Shown here in pieces: positions 17,644 to 26,865 of a stretch of 64,000 nt of DNA. This DNA is from an uncultured bacterium (GTDB taxonomy: Bacteria > Latescibacterota > UBA2968 > GCA-2709665): assembly GCA_964551635.1 (NCBI GenBank), contig CAZKDZ010000203.1, positions 6,712-70,711 on the forward strand. Direction: 5' to 3'. A program made the position numbers and the translations under genes. Numbering within the stretch: the stretch's first letter is position 1; each line of letters starts with the position of its first letter. A model generated the notes under the pieces. That model worked only from the letters and a program-made list of their open reading frames with translations, was not told the DNA's origin and ran no database searches.

Positions 17644-20085
17644 TCACAGCGATAGCCCCATTTTCTGCAGGTGGCCCTCGACCCTGGCACTGTATCTATT
17701 GACATCCCGCTCCAACTCATGAAGCGTTCGAGCATACCGCTCCTCCAGTTCCCCGATCCTTTCGGTAAGTTGCTGGGTAAGCCCCTGCGCAAATTCAAGA
17801 ATCGAGGCGTGGATTGTTCCAAACCATTTGTCGTGGATCACAAGTGTCTTTATTTCTTCCTCGGTCAACGTTTGATACTGGGCTAATACCTTGTTATCCA
17901 ACGCGGATTTACTGTCGTTTACAGCCTTGCTTGCCTTCGACTCTTCTTCCATCAGACCCATAAAGCGCGTCAGAATGTCTTGTTCTTCGTCGCTATCCGG
18001 CTCATCCCGGATTATCCTGAGCCGCATCGTCACCCCGGTCTTGGTGACTTTTCCTTTGTCATTGATTGCGTCCTGCAGCAACCCATCCTCGCCCGTGTGT
18101 TCTTCGACAAACTCAGACAGCTCGTTGACCGCAGTATCTTCAGCGGCTTGTAATGCGTCGATGTGCGCCTGATCGGTAGCGAAGTAGCGCGTGACGAGCA
18201 ACGCCGGAGGAATCACATCCATCTTGTATTTCGTCCGCTTTATGGTCAAATCCGGGGTCTCATCGATCTTCCTTTCTTTGTCCTGAATTATCCCACGCGG
18301 TTTCGCGGCTTCGATCCAGCCATCTTGCGTGATGAGATATACATCGTCCTGCATGACTTCGTCCCAATAGTCTATCAATCGCTGATAAATGTCGTAAGTA
18401 TCGATCAACGGCAAATTGGAGAAACCAGCGAGCAGGTCCTCTGACAACGCCCGGATGACATTTTCGGGATCGGAACCGTTTTCAATCCCCTTGAGACGTG
18501 GCTCCCAGGTTTTGCGCCAGCTGTCCATAATGTCCAACACCCGCTTCCAATACGACTTAAACTCCACATGATTCAGAATCGTCGCCTTCATTTGCTGCGT
18601 CTCGCCCCGTGCGTCACTATAGCCGGGACGGCCATTGGCCACAAACAACGTCCGACGCAATGAGGGAAAAACCTCCCAATAGGCGCCAAGTGCGTCGAGG
18701 TCCCGGTCCGGAATACCGCCGTGCAGGTGGGCGTCAAGATCGTGCAGATCCTCGGGGTCACTGGAATCGATATATCGCGGGATGTTAAGGTTGTAGTCGT
18801 TAGCTAGATTGCCAATCTCTGCTACAGGCACCATGCGGGAATATCGAGGCGACTCGATCTGCCTGTTGAACACATCGACAATCCGGTGGATGTCCTGTGC
18901 TCGCAGGCGATTCTTATTGCCATCCTTGAGGAATCCCCTGCTTGCATCGATCATAAAGATTCCCGTGCGAGCGTGAGCATTCTCCTTGTCGATAACAAGG
19001 ATGCAGGCGGGAATTCCGGTTCCGTAAAACAAGTTGGCAGGCAGGCCGATGATACCCTTGATAAAGCCGCGTCGGATAAGGTTTTTTCGGATGTCTGCCT
19101 CCTTGTTGCCGCGGAACAACACACCGTGCGGGAGGATAATTGCACCCTTTCCGTTGCTCCTTAGCGACGCAATGAGATGCAATAGGAAGGCATAGTCACC
19201 ATTCTTTGCCGGGGGGATGCCGTATACAAACCGCTCGTATTCGTCGTGTTCCGGATTAAGGCCGCTGGTCCAGGCCTTTGCCGAAAAGGGCGGATTCGCG
19301 ACCGCGAAGTCGAACGTCTTGAGACTGTCGTCAGGGTTCTTGAAATAAGGTGAAGCCAGCGTGTTTCCTCGCCACAGTTCTGCAGTCGGATGGTCATGCA
19401 GAATCAGATTCATTCGTGCCAGCGCCCAGGTGGCGTTGTCCATCTCTTGTCCATAGATCGTGATGCCGCTCGGGGCCTCGTCCGCAGCCTTGAGCAGCAA
19501 CGAGCCGGAGCCGCAGGTAGGATCGTAGATGGTCTGGTCCTGGCGGGTGTCCGGTCCGATGCCGATCACTTTCGCCATGATGCGGGACACCTCGGCTGGA
19601 GTGTAAAATTGCCCTTTGCTCTTGCCAGACTCGGTGGCGAAATGCATCATCAGGTACTCGTACGCGTCGCCGAGCAGATCATCGCCTCCGCCGCGGTTGG
19701 ACCGAAAGTCCAGACCGTCGAAGATCGCTACCAGTTTCGACAGTCGGTCCTGCATTTCCTTTCCCGAACCGAGCTTACTCTCGTCGTTGAAGTCGGCCTG
19801 ATCGATAACCCCCTTTAGATCGTTTGCCTCGGCGAGTCTTCCAATGATCTTGTTTATCTTGTCTCCGATCTCCTTGTCACCTCTCAACGCCACCATGTCC
19901 GCAAAGCCGCCGTCTGGAGGAACTTCGATAAGCGCGTTGGGGTCGGCGGCGTGTCTGTCAGAGACATATTTCATAAAAAGAAGGGTCAGGATGTAGTCTT
20001 TGTACTGAGACGCGTCCATGCCGCCACGTAACTCGTCGCAGCTTTGCCATAGCGATGAATAGAGTTGGGATTTCTTTATTGCCAT
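17644..20085 (-). CDS. hsdM: Type I R-M DNA methyltransferase subunit M (long form with coiled-coil C-terminal extension)
   Basis: 813-aa ORF with an N-terminal HsdM_N-like region (LYSSLWQSCDELRGGMDASQYKDYILTLLFMKYVSD). It carries SAM motif I (DPTCGSGSLLL) and catalytic motif IV (VANPPFS). Confidence 0.93.
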   Translation of the reverse strand: MAIKKSQLYSSLWQSCDELRGGMDASQYKDYILTLLFMKYVSDRHAADPNALIEVPPDGGFADMVALRGDKEIGDKINKIIGRLAEANDLKGVIDQADFNDESKLGSGKEMQDRLSKLVAIFDGLDFRSNRGGGDDLLGDAYEYLMMHFATESGKSKGQFYTPAEVSRIMAKVIGIGPDTRQDQTIYDPTCGSGSLLLKAADEAPSGITIYGQEMDNATWALARMNLILHDHPTAELWRGNTLASPYFKNPDDSLKTFDFAVANPPFSAKAWTSGLNPEHDEYERFVYGIPPAKNGDYAFLLHLIASLRSNGKGAIILPHGVLFRGNKEADIRKNLIRRGFIKGIIGLPANLFYGTGIPACILVIDKENAHARTGIFMIDASRGFLKDGNKNRLRAQDIHRIVDVFNRQIESPRYSRMVPVAEIGNLANDYNLNIPRYIDSSDPEDLHDLDAHLHGGIPDRDLDALGAYWEVFPSLRRTLFVANGRPGYSDARGETQQMKATILNHVEFKSYWKRVLDIMDSWRKTWEPRLKGIENGSDPENVIRALSEDLLAGFSNLPLIDTYDIYQRLIDYWDEVMQDDVYLITQDGWIEAAKPRGIIQDKERKIDETPDLTIKRTKYKMDVIPPALLVTRYFATDQAHIDALQAAEDTAVNELSEFVEEHTGEDGLLQDAINDKGKVTKTGVTMRLRIIRDEPDSDEEQDILTRFMGLMEEESKASKAVNDSKSALDNKVLAQYQTLTEEEIKTLVIHDKWFGTIHASILEFAQGLTQQLTERIGELEERYARTLHELERDVNRYSARVEGHLQKMGLSL

Positions 20086-20485
20086 TGTTCATTCCAATCC
20101 GAGAGTCACTGCTGTCCAATGTAGTTTGGAAAAGACGATCCTGGATGTGTTAGTACCTGGTTTTTCTGAAAGTCGTTTTGTAGTGCCAATGCAGGTCACG
20201 TTCTTTCGGCCACGGCTGTCCAAGACAGGAACCGATTCGGGAGCGGAGTCGTTAGCGTTCCCGGGAGTGTGGGCATCCTGCTCTCGACGGGAATAGGGGT
20301 AGGTGACGCAAAGTTCGAGGGCAGGATGCCCTCGCTCCGTTTACGGGTGGATCATGTCGTGACGGCGGGCGGATTGCCATCGGTCGCAGGGCGTTCGTGT
20401 CCGGTGCAGCGTCTTCGGAGTTTTGCCAGGTTCTGCGTTCACCGAAAGTGAAGAATTCCAGGCCCGATCATCGCCTGAAAACCCC

Positions 20486-21553
20486 TCAATCAAACACCAG
20501 CACCGTTCGCGCCACTTTCCCCTGGACCATGTCCTCGAACGCCTCGTTGATCTCATCCAGCGGACGGAAGCGGGAAATCAGCTCGTCCAGCTTGACCTTA
20601 CCCTGACGGTACAGATCCAGAATCCACAGGAAATCCACGCGGGCGCGGGCGGCGCCGTGCCACGAACCCATCACGGCGCGGTCGCGCAACAGATCCTCGC
20701 CGTCTACGGAAATGTCCTGGCCGGTGGGCTGCACCCCCACCACCACCGCGGTTCCGCTCGTGCGAACCGATGAAAATGCCTGCTTCACCAGCGCCGGGAA
20801 TCCGACGACTTCGAAGGCATAGTCCGCACCGCCCCCGGTAATATCCAGAATCCGCTGAACGGGGTCCTCCCTCTCCGCATTGACGAAATGCGTGGCGCCG
20901 AACTGTTCGGCCAGTTCCAGCTTGTACGGCACCCTGTCAACGGCGATGATCTTTCCCGCCGATGCGAGCACGCCGCCCTGGATGACGTTGAGCCCCACGC
21001 CCCCGCAGCCGAACACGGCCATCGTGGCGCCCGCTTCCACCTGCGCGCGATTCACCACGGCGCCGATTCCGGTAATGACCGCGCAGCTGATCAGACACGC
21101 CTTGCGAAGATCCGTGTCATCCGGCACCCTGACGCAGGCATCGGCCGATACGATGGTCTGTTCGGTATAGGTGGGTCTGTTGTGAAAATAGACGGTCCCG
21201 TTCCTGGAGATGCGACCCGGTATTTCGCCCTGATGTGTTTCGCAAAGCGCGGGGCTTCCCTGGCTGCAATTGCGGCAGTGGCCGCACATTGCATCCAGAG
21301 ACAGGATGATCCTGTCGCCGCATCCAACGCTGGTCACACCCGGGCCGACTTCACGGACGACCCCGGCGCCCTCGTGTCCCATAACCCAGGGAAGCGCACG
21401 AGGCGCGACATGCCCGTCAACGAAGTGATAGTCGCTGCGGCAAACCCCCGCGCCGACGATATCCAGAAGCACTTCGCCCTCCCGGGGAGGCGCGATATCG
21501 ACGTTTTCGACAGAGACGCGTGTCAGCGGTTTGTGGAGAACGGCTGCTTTCAT
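20486..21553 (-). CDS. Zinc-dependent alcohol dehydrogenase family protein
   Basis: 355-aa ORF with the MDR pattern GVCRSDYHFVDGH, GHEGAGVV and the structural-zinc cysteines CGHCRNC, plus a GxGxxG-like FGCGGVGLN. Confidence 0.9.
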   Translation of the reverse strand: MKAAVLHKPLTRVSVENVDIAPPREGEVLLDIVGAGVCRSDYHFVDGHVAPRALPWVMGHEGAGVVREVGPGVTSVGCGDRIILSLDAMCGHCRNCSQGSPALCETHQGEIPGRISRNGTVYFHNRPTYTEQTIVSADACVRVPDDTDLRKACLISCAVITGIGAVVNRAQVEAGATMAVFGCGGVGLNVIQGGVLASAGKIIAVDRVPYKLELAEQFGATHFVNAEREDPVQRILDITGGGADYAFEVVGFPALVKQAFSSVRTSGTAVVVGVQPTGQDISVDGEDLLRDRAVMGSWHGAARARVDFLWILDLYRQGKVKLDELISRFRPLDEINEAFEDMVQGKVARTVLVFD

Positions 21554-21637
21554 ATCTGTCTCTCTACGTTAATGGCGTTGGAAAACAAGCTGAAATGGAT
21601 TGAGAGTCGGGTTGATCTCAGGGTGATTCCGGAAGGG

Positions 21638-22216
21638 TCAACCCGTCTCGATGCCGAGTCGGGCAAAGACGTCCGACCACCGTTTCGCGTGTGTGTCGTG
21701 GGTGTGCAGGGGCCGGAATCCTGCGGAGAGATAGCTCTTGATGGCCGGGACGCGCCAGTCGTCGGTCAGCAGGTGGGCCTGGCGATAGCCCAGATCTTTG
21801 AGCCTGTGGAGTACGGCCGCGTTCACAAGGTGTCCCAGGCCTTTTCCGCGCTGGTTCTCGAGTACGGCAACCATATGCACATCACCCACGATACGTTCGG
21901 TCAGGTCGCTGCTCCAGGCGCACGCGGAACCCACAAGCCGGGAATCCAGCGTCGCAAAAAAGAGGTTGTGTGGGTGAAACCGCGGATCGTTAACGAGTTT
22001 CTCACGACACAGTTCAGGCGTCCAGTCCCGTCCCACATTGCCTTCCATGATTGCGCACCATCCTGCTTCGTCGCCGGAACGGTAGGTTCGCAGACCATAC
22101 CCTTCGGGGATCCGGATTTCCGGCAGGTCCTGCAGCGTATCCCTCTGCATTTCCAGCTGGGGCGACGGCGGCGGCGGTGGCTTGGCGTTCAAAAAGGAAA
22201 ATATCCGGCGAAACAT
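21638..22216 (-). CDS. GNAT family N-acetyltransferase
   Basis: 192-aa ORF with the acetyl-CoA binding motif A region VAVLENQRGKGLGHLVNAAVL. Confidence 0.8.
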   Translation of the reverse strand: MFRRIFSFLNAKPPPPPSPQLEMQRDTLQDLPEIRIPEGYGLRTYRSGDEAGWCAIMEGNVGRDWTPELCREKLVNDPRFHPHNLFFATLDSRLVGSACAWSSDLTERIVGDVHMVAVLENQRGKGLGHLVNAAVLHRLKDLGYRQAHLLTDDWRVPAIKSYLSAGFRPLHTHDTHAKRWSDVFARLGIETG

Positions 22217-22446
22217 CTCGAGTAACCCGTCAGGCTGTCGAATTCTGGTGTCTGCGGACGTGAATCGGGGAATCCATGTCCAACCCGGTACGTCACGAAA
22301 ATATGAGCGACATTGCGGGCCGTGTCAACAGATATTCATCCAACCGCGGCCTGATCCGGCCGCGCGGATTCTCCATTGGTACGGGAATGCCCGAAAGACC
22401 GATCCTTGCCCTCGTGAACAGGCCTTGCCGGGACTTCGGGAATACC

Positions 22447-22475
22447 TTGACTTTTGGTACCCCGTGTGATATACT
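22447..22475 (+). promoter_or_regulatory. Sigma70-type promoter of the nuo operon
   Basis: TTGACT (22447..22452), a 17-nt spacer, then TATACT (22470..22475), about 115 nt upstream of the nuoA ATG. Confidence 0.55.
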
Positions 22476-22588
22476 TTCACCGCCGAAAAGCGGTCATTGG
22501 AACGAATGCCGGTCTGGGTCCGCTTTTTGGGTGCAGTCTTTCAATTCCCGGTGAGTTTCCAAGCGCGAGCGAAAAAGTAACGGGCAAG

Positions 22589-22954
22589 ATGCTGGTCGAT
22601 TATCTTCCGATTGTTATTCTGATGGCAGTGGCCGTCGGGTTTGCGGCCGTCAGTTTAATCATTACGCATCTGTTCGGACCCCGCCGTCCCAACCCGGTGA
22701 AATTGTCGCCGTACGAGTCGGGCGTTCCTCCCGTGGGCGACGCCAGGCTGCGGTTTTCCGTCAAGTTCTACGTTGTAGCGATGCTGTTTATCGTCTTCGA
22801 TATCGAAGTCGTTTTTCTATACCCCTGGGCCGTTGTCTTTAAGGATCTGCTGGCTCAGGGGAGCTTTGTTTTTACGGAAATGGCAGTGTTCCTCGGGGTC
22901 CTGGTTCTCGGTCTCGCGTATGTCTGGCGGAAGGGCGGGCTGGATTGGGACTGA
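22589..22954 (+). CDS. nuoA: NADH-quinone oxidoreductase subunit A
   Basis: The tracked ORF is 22454..22954; the likely start is the ATG at 22589 (MLVDYLPIVILMAVAVGF...). It has three TM segments and the conserved YESG.P motif (SPYESGVPPVGDA). Confidence 0.88.
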   Translation: MLVDYLPIVILMAVAVGFAAVSLIITHLFGPRRPNPVKLSPYESGVPPVGDARLRFSVKFYVVAMLFIVFDIEVVFLYPWAVVFKDLLAQGSFVFTEMAVFLGVLVLGLAYVWRKGGLDWD

Positions 22955-23010
22955 GATCGGCAACGACCTGAGAACACACTTTCAACGACTGGCAATGATT
23001 GGGCCAACGC

Positions 23011-24783
23011 ATGCCCCTGGAAGAGAAGAACGGCACACCGGTTGCGGACACGGCGGTTGAAAGCCCGACTTCGAAGAAGCTGGAGGAACGGTTCGGCGAA
23101 GACGTTCTGGAGGTTTCCGGGTCCGGCGGGGACTGGGCGGCGGTTTGCGAGGGGGACCGGGCGCTGGATATCCTGGCGTTCCTCAGGGACGATCCTGACC
23201 TTTCCTACGACCGTCTGTCGGACGTGACGGCGGTCGACTATTCCGAATATCCGGGACCGCATCCGGGAGCCCGGTTCAACGTGGTCTACCACCTGTATTC
23301 CCACCCTCACAACCACCGGTTCAGGCTCAGGGCGAAGGTAGACGATGAAACCTGCAGCATCCCGTCGGCGTGCGGTTTGTGGAAGGGGGCCGAATGGCCG
23401 GAGCGGGAAACCTACGATATGTTCGGAATCCGGTTCGAGGGACATCCGGATCTGCGTCGCATATTGATGCCGGTGAATTTCAGGTACCATCCCCTGAGGA
23501 AAGATTACCCGGTAAACGGACGCGGAGAGAGGGACGTCATCGCGCCGGAGGATCCGGGGTTCGAGGGCAATCCGTTCGAGGGCGATGACTCACCCGACAG
23601 CGATCCGCTGGCGTCGGAACGGATGGTCCTTAACCTTGGCCCCCAGCATCCGGCAACCCACGGTACGCTGCGGCTCACGCTCGAACTGGACGGCGAGCGC
23701 ATCTCCAGGTGCCTTCCCGACATCGGCTATCTGCATACCGGATTTGAAAAGCTGGGGGAACACCATACATACAACCAGTGGGTCACGGTGACCGACCGGA
23801 TGAACTATCTTTCACCGTTGTGCAACAACATCGGTTTTGCAATGACGGTGGAAAGACTGATGGGCCTGGAGGTGCCGCCGCGCGCCACGGTAATTCGCGT
23901 CGTCCTTTCGGAACTGTCGCGCATCGCGGACCATATGGTATGGCTGGGCACCCACGCGCTTGATATCGGCGCAATGACGGTGTTCCTGTACACCTTTGAA
24001 CAGCGCGAACGCCTGTACGATATCTTCGAGGCCGTCACCGGTACCCGTTTGACCACGAGTTACACTCGAGTGGGAGGGCTGGGATGGGACGTGCCCGACA
24101 ATTTCCACGAACTGGTTACGGATTTCACGGCGCAATTCCCCAGGGCGGCAGGGGAGGTGGACAGGCTGTTGACCCGGAACAGGATCTGGATCGACCGTAC
24201 CAAGGGTATCGGAGTGATTTCCTCCGAAGACGCCATCGCGTGGAACCTGACCGGACCGATGGCCCGCGGATCGGGCGTGAACTACGACTTGCGGAAGGCC
24301 GAGCCCTATCTGGGTTACGAGGAATATGACTTTGACGTTCCCGTGGGCGAAAAGGGTGACGTCTACGACCGCTACCTGGTCCGGATGGAGGAATTGAACC
24401 AGAGCATCCGGATCATCGAACAGGCGGTGAACAATCTGCCCGGGGGCACCGTCAAGGTCGACGACGCCAAGATCATTCTTCCCGAAAAAGACGATGTGTA
24501 TACCGGGATGGAATCGCTGATCCACCACTTCAAGGTGACGATGGACCATCACGGGATCGCGCCGCCGCCCGGAGAGATTTACGTGGCTACGGAGAGTCCC
24601 AACGGGGAATTGGGCTTCTATATTGTCAGCGACGGAAGCGGGGCCGCTTACCGGCTTCGTGTCAGGCCCCCGTCGTTCATGAATTACCAGTGTTTTCCGC
24701 AATTGGCGCACGGACATATGGTTGCAGACGTTGTGGCCATTCTGGGAAGCATAAATGTCATCGCGGGAGAGTTGGACCGGTGA
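23011..24783 (+). CDS. nuoCD: Fused NADH-quinone oxidoreductase subunits C and D
   Basis: A single ORF (tracked from TTG 22999, ATG at 23011). It contains a NuoC part ([29 protein letters not shown]), a linker, then a NuoD part ([18 protein letters not shown]...ELDR). Confidence 0.92.
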   Translation: MPLEEKNGTPVADTAVESPTSKKLEERFGEDVLEVSGSGGDWAAVCEGDRALDILAFLRDDPDLSYDRLSDVTAVDYSEYPGPHPGARFNVVYHLYSHPHNHRFRLRAKVDDETCSIPSACGLWKGAEWPERETYDMFGIRFEGHPDLRRILMPVNFRYHPLRKDYPVNGRGERDVIAPEDPGFEGNPFEGDDSPDSDPLASERMVLNLGPQHPATHGTLRLTLELDGERISRCLPDIGYLHTGFEKLGEHHTYNQWVTVTDRMNYLSPLCNNIGFAMTVERLMGLEVPPRATVIRVVLSELSRIADHMVWLGTHALDIGAMTVFLYTFEQRERLYDIFEAVTGTRLTTSYTRVGGLGWDVPDNFHELVTDFTAQFPRAAGEVDRLLTRNRIWIDRTKGIGVISSEDAIAWNLTGPMARGSGVNYDLRKAEPYLGYEEYDFDVPVGEKGDVYDRYLVRMEELNQSIRIIEQAVNNLPGGTVKVDDAKIILPEKDDVYTGMESLIHHFKVTMDHHGIAPPPGEIYVATESPNGELGFYIVSDGSGAAYRLRVRPPSFMNYQCFPQLAHGHMVADVVAILGSINVIAGELDR

Positions 24784-25021
24784 GTTGCCCGACCGCGGTG
24801 CGATATGATTAATCTTGACTCAGCAAAAACCGCAACGCGGCACCACGACGAAACTCTCCGAGACGCCCCGAAATGGACGTAAGGAAGGACACATTTTGGT
24901 TCACGTTCAGTAACCTGGTGTATCCTGGAAATCCGCAGTTTAATCGCCTCTAACGAGTTGCATATATTCGATTTAACGTCCACGAAGACGTACGAATCCA
25001 GGTTGACACGGATCCTTTGAA

Positions 25022-25501
25022 ATGGCGATCGCCCTGTCTGAACAGACGCGGAAGAAGTGTGAGGAGATCATCACCCACTATCCGCCGGAGTGGCGCAAGG
25101 CGGCAATCCTCCCGGTCCTGCACCTGGCGCAGAAGGAGTGGGGATATCTGTCTCTGGAAGGGCTGAGATACGTCGCGGACCTTCTGGAAATCCCGCCCGC
25201 CCATGCGGCCGGCGTGATGAGCTTCTATCCGATGTTCCACAAGGCGCCCGTGGGCAAATACGTCATCCATGTGTGCGGAACCCTGTCGTGTGCGCTGTGC
25301 GGGGCCGGAGAAATCACGAAGCACCTTAAGGAAAAGCTGAAAATCGACGTAGGCGAAACCACCGGGGACGGACGGTTCACGCTGGCCAAGGTGGAGTGCA
25401 TCGCGGCCTGCGAGGGCGCGCCGGCGGTACTGATCAACGAGGATCTGCATCGCTGTGTGACGCGGGAAAAGCTGGACCGTCTGCTGGATCAATGCGCCTG
25501 A
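25022..25501 (+). CDS. nuoE: NADH-quinone oxidoreductase subunit E (2Fe-2S)
   Basis: 159-aa ORF with the Cys pattern HVCGTLSCALCG...ECIAACEGAP. Confidence 0.92.
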   Translation: MAIALSEQTRKKCEEIITHYPPEWRKAAILPVLHLAQKEWGYLSLEGLRYVADLLEIPPAHAAGVMSFYPMFHKAPVGKYVIHVCGTLSCALCGAGEITKHLKEKLKIDVGETTGDGRFTLAKVECIAACEGAPAVLINEDLHRCVTREKLDRLLDQCA

Positions 25502-25521
25502 ACCCTTGAAGCAGGACGGAT

Positions 25522-26859
25522 ATGCCGGAAGAATATAAAATCATCACCGAACTCTTCGGGATCGAAGGCCTCCGGAATATCGACGTATACCGGGCCCATG
25601 GCGGATATACGGCCATAGAGAAGGCCCTTGGAATGTCGCAGGACGAGGTGATCGACGAGGTGCGGGAGGCGGCGCTGGCGGGTCGGGGAGGCGCGTGGTT
25701 TCCGGCCGGCGTCAAATGGGGCTTCATGCCGAAAGAACCCGATGTGCCCAGCTATCTCTGCGTAAATGCCGACGAGAGCGAACCGGGCACATTCAAGGAC
25801 CGGCACCTGATGGAGCAGAATCCGCATCAGATGCTGGAAGGCACCATCATCGCCTCGTACTCGATGCGGGTGAGCGTGGCATACGTCTATATCCGCGGCG
25901 AAATGTTCGAGGCGAGGACGATCGTGGAACGTGCGATTGCCGAGGCGCGTTCGGCTGGATACATCGGCCGTAACATTCTTGGATCCGGCTACGATCTTGA
26001 AGTCTACATCCATCCCGGCGCCGGGGCTTACATCTGCGGCGAGGAAATGGGCCTGATCCAGTCTCTGAACGGCAACCGCGCCGAGCCGCGTTCGAAGCCT
26101 CCGTTTCCCGCCCAGCAGGGTGTTTTCGAACGGCCCACCACGGTGAACAACGTCCAGACGCTCTCCTATGTACCCCATATCCTGAACCGCGGCGCGGACT
26201 GGTTCAAGGGAATCGGCAGCGAAAGGTTTCCCGGTACGTTCATTTTCTGTGTCAGTGGGCATGTGAACAGGCCTGGGATGTTCGAGCTGGAAACCGGTTC
26301 GGTCACGATGCGCCAGATCGTGGAGGATTTCGCGGGCGGCGTGCGGGACGGACGTGAACTGAAAGCCGTGATTCCGGGCGGGGCCTCAACGCCTCCAATG
26401 ACGCCCGACCAGATAGATATCGTGATGGATCCGGCGAATTTTCTCGCGCCTGGCGGCGGCGACTTCCAGGGCATGTTCGGCACGGGCGGGATTATCGTGA
26501 TGGACGATACAACCTGCATGGTAGACGCGTTGTTGAATTTCATGGTCTTCTTCGCGCATGAGTCCTGCGGTCAGTGCACGCCGTGCCGTGAGGGATGTCC
26601 CTGGGCGCGAGACATCGTGTCGAGAATAGAAAAGGGTCAGGGGAAGCCGGGCGACCTGGATACCCTGCTCGACGTCGCCCATAACGTCGGGCCGTTTTTG
26701 TGCCCGCCTTCAAGGCTGACAACCATCTGCGGTTTCGGCGGGGCGTTTGCGAATCCGATCCACGGATTCGTACACACGTTCCGCAGCGAATTCGAGGCCC
26801 ACATCGAAGAAGGACGATGCCCCATACGTCAGGACAAATCCATCCGGGTTCCGGGGTAG
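25522..26859 (+). CDS. nuoF: NADH-quinone oxidoreductase subunit F (FMN/NADH site)
   Basis: 445-aa ORF with GRGGAWFPAGVKW, NADESEPGTFKDR and ESCGQCTPCREG. It ends in TAG. Confidence 0.95.
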   Translation: MPEEYKIITELFGIEGLRNIDVYRAHGGYTAIEKALGMSQDEVIDEVREAALAGRGGAWFPAGVKWGFMPKEPDVPSYLCVNADESEPGTFKDRHLMEQNPHQMLEGTIIASYSMRVSVAYVYIRGEMFEARTIVERAIAEARSAGYIGRNILGSGYDLEVYIHPGAGAYICGEEMGLIQSLNGNRAEPRSKPPFPAQQGVFERPTTVNNVQTLSYVPHILNRGADWFKGIGSERFPGTFIFCVSGHVNRPGMFELETGSVTMRQIVEDFAGGVRDGRELKAVIPGGASTPPMTPDQIDIVMDPANFLAPGGGDFQGMFGTGGIIVMDDTTCMVDALLNFMVFFAHESCGQCTPCREGCPWARDIVSRIEKGQGKPGDLDTLLDVAHNVGPFLCPPSRLTTICGFGGAFANPIHGFVHTFRSEFEAHIEEGRCPIRQDKSIRVPG

Positions 26860-26865
26860 ACAACA

